The notes below the pieces were generated by a model. It did not search any database, was not told where the DNA came from, and saw nothing but the letters and a program-made list of their open reading frames with translations. Positions 61,554 to 64,000 of a DNA stretch of 64,000 nucleotides are shown here, one piece after another. This stretch comes from an uncultured Spirochaetales bacterium. GTDB taxonomy: Bacteria > UBP6 > UBA1177 > JAKLFG01. Where the stretch lies: positions 35,144-99,143 of the forward strand of contig CAYQBN010000004.1 of the NCBI GenBank assembly GCA_964415795.1, read 5' to 3'. The position numbers and the translations under genes were made by a program. Every line of letters begins with the position of its first letter. Position 1 is the stretch's first letter.

Positions 61554-63822
61554 CGCCGTGCGGTTTACGGTCACGATGTTTGTCCTCGCGGCGATCGTTC
61601 TTGTGATCGCGGGAATGCTCGCGGTCGCCGTCGCGCCGGTCGCGTTCAGCGTGCCGTTCACGGCGCGGCTCTTCCTCAGTGCTCTCGCTGGAGAAGTCGC
61701 GTTCGAAATCGGAAGGCTTCATACTCAGGCGGAACTTTCCACCCGGCTCCACCTCGACGCAGATGACGCGGACCTTCTGACCTATCGAAAGGACATCGCG
61801 CACATCCTCTATGCGACGGTCGGCGATGCGACTGACATGGAGCAACCCGACGACGCCCGGCAGGACCTCGACGAAGGCACCATAGTCCTCGATGCGGGTA
61901 ACGGTCCCCTCGTATATCTTTCCTTTTTCGGCCTCGTCGGTGAACGAACGAACCAACGCGATCGTGGCCTCGAGGACCGACGCGTCGCGCGCCGCGATGA
62001 GCACCGAACCGTCCTGCTGCACCTCTATCTCGGCGCCGGTCTTGTCTATGATGGACTTAATGTTCTTGCCGCCGACGCCGATGAGGTCCCGTATCCGCTC
62101 GGGATTTATCTGGATGGTCACCAGCTTGGGGGCGAGCGGCGAGAGTTCCGGGCGATGCGCTGGAAGCGCCTTCTCCATCTCCCCGATGATGTGGAGACGG
62201 CCTTCCCGCGCCTGAGCAAGCGCCCGTTCCATCACCTCGCGCGGCAAACCGTGTATCTTGATGTCCATCTGTATGGCGGTGATGCCGTCGCGTGTTCCAG
62301 CCACCTTGAAATCCATATCACCGAGATGGTCCTCGTCACCCATGATATCGGAAAGGATCGCGTAGTTCTCGTTCTCCTTGATGAGGCCCATCGCGATGCC
62401 GGCGACATGCTTCTTATAAGGTATTCCTGCGTCCATGAGCGCGAGGCACCCCGAGCAGACGCTCGCCATCGAAGAGGAACCGTTCGACTCGAGTATCTCC
62501 GAAACGACACGGGTAGTGTAAGGAAACTCTTCAGAAGTGGGCATGAGCGGCTTGAGCGCCCGTTCGGCGAGGTTCCCGTGACCGATCTCGCGGCGTCCCG
62601 GAGCCTTGAGACGGCTTACTTCGCCAACGGAGAATGGTGGGAAGTTGTAGTGGAACATGAATTTCTTGCTCGTCTCCTCGACGACGGTGTCTATCCGCTG
62701 TTCGTCGGAACCGACCCCGAGCGTTATCGTACCGAGCGATTGCGTCTCTCCTCGAGTGAAGATGGCGGAACCATGCACATTAGGAAGCACCCCGACCTCG
62801 ATCCAGATCGGACGGATATCGGTAGTGCCGCGGCCGTCTATCCGTTGCCCCTTCTCGGTGATCATGCGGCGCATGGTCCGCTTGAGGATCTCCTCAAAGA
62901 GTTTGTGCGCCCGCACCGTGGTCTTTTCGAGGTCTTCGCCTTCAATGAAGATGGTGCCGCTCTCGACCGCCTCTTTGATGCGTGCATCGACCTCGGCTTT
63001 GATCGTATCGATCGCCGCATAGCGTGCCAGTTTCTCACGAATAATAAGTGCTTCCGGTATCTTATCTGCGACGAAGAGTTCAATGAAGTTACGAAGGGCA
63101 GAGTCATCCTTGATTTCTGGAGGCTGCCGTTTCACCGGAGCCACTTGGGCAACGAGTGACTCTTGCAGAGTAATGAGCGGCTGGATCGCCTGATGACCAA
63201 AGGCAAGCGCCTCGGTCATCTCGGCCTCGGTCGCCTCGCGTGCCTCCCCCTCCACCATGATGATAGAGTCGCGGTTCGCTGCCATGACGATGTTGAGGCG
63301 CGCATCCTTTTGAAGTTCCGGAGAGGGGTTGATAAGATAATGCCCCTCCTTTAGGACGACGCGGACCGCTCCGATGGGACCGAGGAATGGGATGTCGGAG
63401 ACCATGAGGGCCGCCGAAGCGGCGGTGACCGCGGCGACACGGGGATCAGCGTTCTCGTCATGGGAGAGCAGCGTCACGATGATCTGTGTCTCGTTGCGAT
63501 ACCAGTCAGGGAACAGCGGGCGTATCGGACGGTCTATGATGCGCGCCGACAGCTTTTCGTCGGTGTTCGGCTGGCTTTCACGTTTCAAGAATCCACCGGG
63601 GAAACGGCCGGCGGCATAGAACTTCTCGATGTAATCGACCGAAAGGGGGAAGAAATCCTGCTCCGCGGGCGCTTCGCCCTTCGCGGCGACCACCGTAGCC
63701 AATAGGACGGTGTTGCCGTAGCGGCACCAGACGGCGCCGTCAGCTTGTTTGGCGTACTTGCCGGTCTCCAATGTGAAAGGAAGACCTTGAAAGTCAATGG
63801 ACTTGGCATGATGCGTTTTCAT
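61525..63822 (-). CDS. pnp: polyribonucleotide nucleotidyltransferase (PNPase) with an unusual ~55-aa Arg/Asp/His-rich C-terminal tail
   Basis: Two RNase-PH domains, KH and S1 (canonical MKTH...LETGKYAKQADGAV start). The tail RRERHAERDRRDGDREHSRDHKNDRREDKHRDRKPHGDAKKH overlaps the dut start by 29 nt. Confidence 0.9.
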   Translation of the reverse strand: MKTHHAKSIDFQGLPFTLETGKYAKQADGAVWCRYGNTVLLATVVAAKGEAPAEQDFFPLSVDYIEKFYAAGRFPGGFLKRESQPNTDEKLSARIIDRPIRPLFPDWYRNETQIIVTLLSHDENADPRVAAVTAASAALMVSDIPFLGPIGAVRVVLKEGHYLINPSPELQKDARLNIVMAANRDSIIMVEGEAREATEAEMTEALAFGHQAIQPLITLQESLVAQVAPVKRQPPEIKDDSALRNFIELFVADKIPEALIIREKLARYAAIDTIKAEVDARIKEAVESGTIFIEGEDLEKTTVRAHKLFEEILKRTMRRMITEKGQRIDGRGTTDIRPIWIEVGVLPNVHGSAIFTRGETQSLGTITLGVGSDEQRIDTVVEETSKKFMFHYNFPPFSVGEVSRLKAPGRREIGHGNLAERALKPLMPTSEEFPYTTRVVSEILESNGSSSMASVCSGCLALMDAGIPYKKHVAGIAMGLIKENENYAILSDIMGDEDHLGDMDFKVAGTRDGITAIQMDIKIHGLPREVMERALAQAREGRLHIIGEMEKALPAHRPELSPLAPKLVTIQINPERIRDLIGVGGKNIKSIIDKTGAEIEVQQDGSVLIAARDASVLEATIALVRSFTDEAEKGKIYEGTVTRIEDYGAFVEVLPGVVGLLHVSRIADRRIEDVRDVLSIGQKVRVICVEVEPGGKFRLSMKPSDFERDFSSESTEEEPRRERHAERDRRDGDREHSRDHKNDRREDKHRDRKPHGDAKKHPKVG

Positions 63823-63885
63823 TTGGATTACCTCGTTGTCGGGGATGAGGACGGTGTGGATGTTCGTGGGACACGAATCTGTTCG

Positions 63886-64000
63886 TTACTTGCGGAGCCC
63901 GAGCTCCTTGATGAGGTCGTTGTAGCGCGCGAAATCGTTGTCCTTGAGATACTTGAGCAGTTTCATGCGCTTGCCGACCATTTTGAGCAGGCCGACCCGT
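63886..64000 (-). CDS. rpsO: ribosomal protein S15, C-terminal 38 codons (5' end outside window)
   Basis: The reverse translation ends ...[25 protein letters not shown], matching the S15 C-terminus. Canonical rpsO-pnp order. Confidence 0.7.
   Translation of the reverse strand, partial: RVGLLKMVGKRMKLLKYLKDNDFARYNDLIKELGLRK

Noticed and set aside
63823-63885. Classical pnp leader RNase III hairpin between rpsO and pnp.
   Set aside because: The intergenic region is only about 63 nt and contains only short imperfect stems (CGTG-TCC-CACG), so there is no convincing long stem-loop.
1-64000. CRISPR arrays, rRNA genes, IS elements or transposases.
   Set aside because: Scanning found no regularly spaced direct repeats, no rRNA-like conserved stretches, and no transposase or integrase-like ORFs.

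Overview
This is a high-GC (roughly 60%) chromosomal segment from what looks like an anaerobic, diderm (Gram-negative-type) bacterium; the phylum is not clear from this window alone. Genes are densely packed and many are translationally coupled through ATGA or 4-nt overlaps. The reverse-strand ORFs in the six-frame track are mostly GC-driven artefacts.

The backbone is housekeeping: recN (5'-truncated), sppA, trmL, tRNA-Val(CAC), era, der, yihY, dnaG-rpoD, tRNA-Ala(CGC), and a dut-pnp-rpsO block (rpsO 3'-truncated). Envelope and stress functions sit between them: a TolC/TetR/MFP/RND efflux operon, SurA- and PrsA-like parvulins, an AmiC-type amidase, an M23 peptidase, an LtaS-family sulfatase, an OM beta-barrel protein, and several lipoproteins. 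Anaerobic redox genes are also present: an hcp operon with a His-rich Fe-S ferredoxin-like protein, hemerythrin, a NuoE/NuoF/GltD-like three-gene flavin-bifurcation-type cluster, and a 1395-aa double BcrA/BadF-type ATPase fused to an HgdB-like dehydratase.

The most unusual locus is 12.3-19.7 kb. It holds a roughly 1800-aa secreted mosaic protein (EGF-like Cys clusters, thrombospondin type-3 Ca-binding repeats, a Kelch/LVIVD-like beta-propeller, and a C-terminal Myxococcus-type Cys-rich repeat). A Cys-rich 567-aa lipoprotein follows immediately, then tRNA-Val. Both genes contain markedly lower-GC segments. A bacterial S10-type serine carboxypeptidase lipoprotein gene lies divergently next to them, and an ATTGTCAATA motif is shared with another secreted-lipoprotein promoter region.

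A second notable unit is a tightly coupled trmL / TLC-like-transporter+HEAT / cNMP-binding / sppA operon. I found no CRISPR array, rRNA, transposase or integrase.
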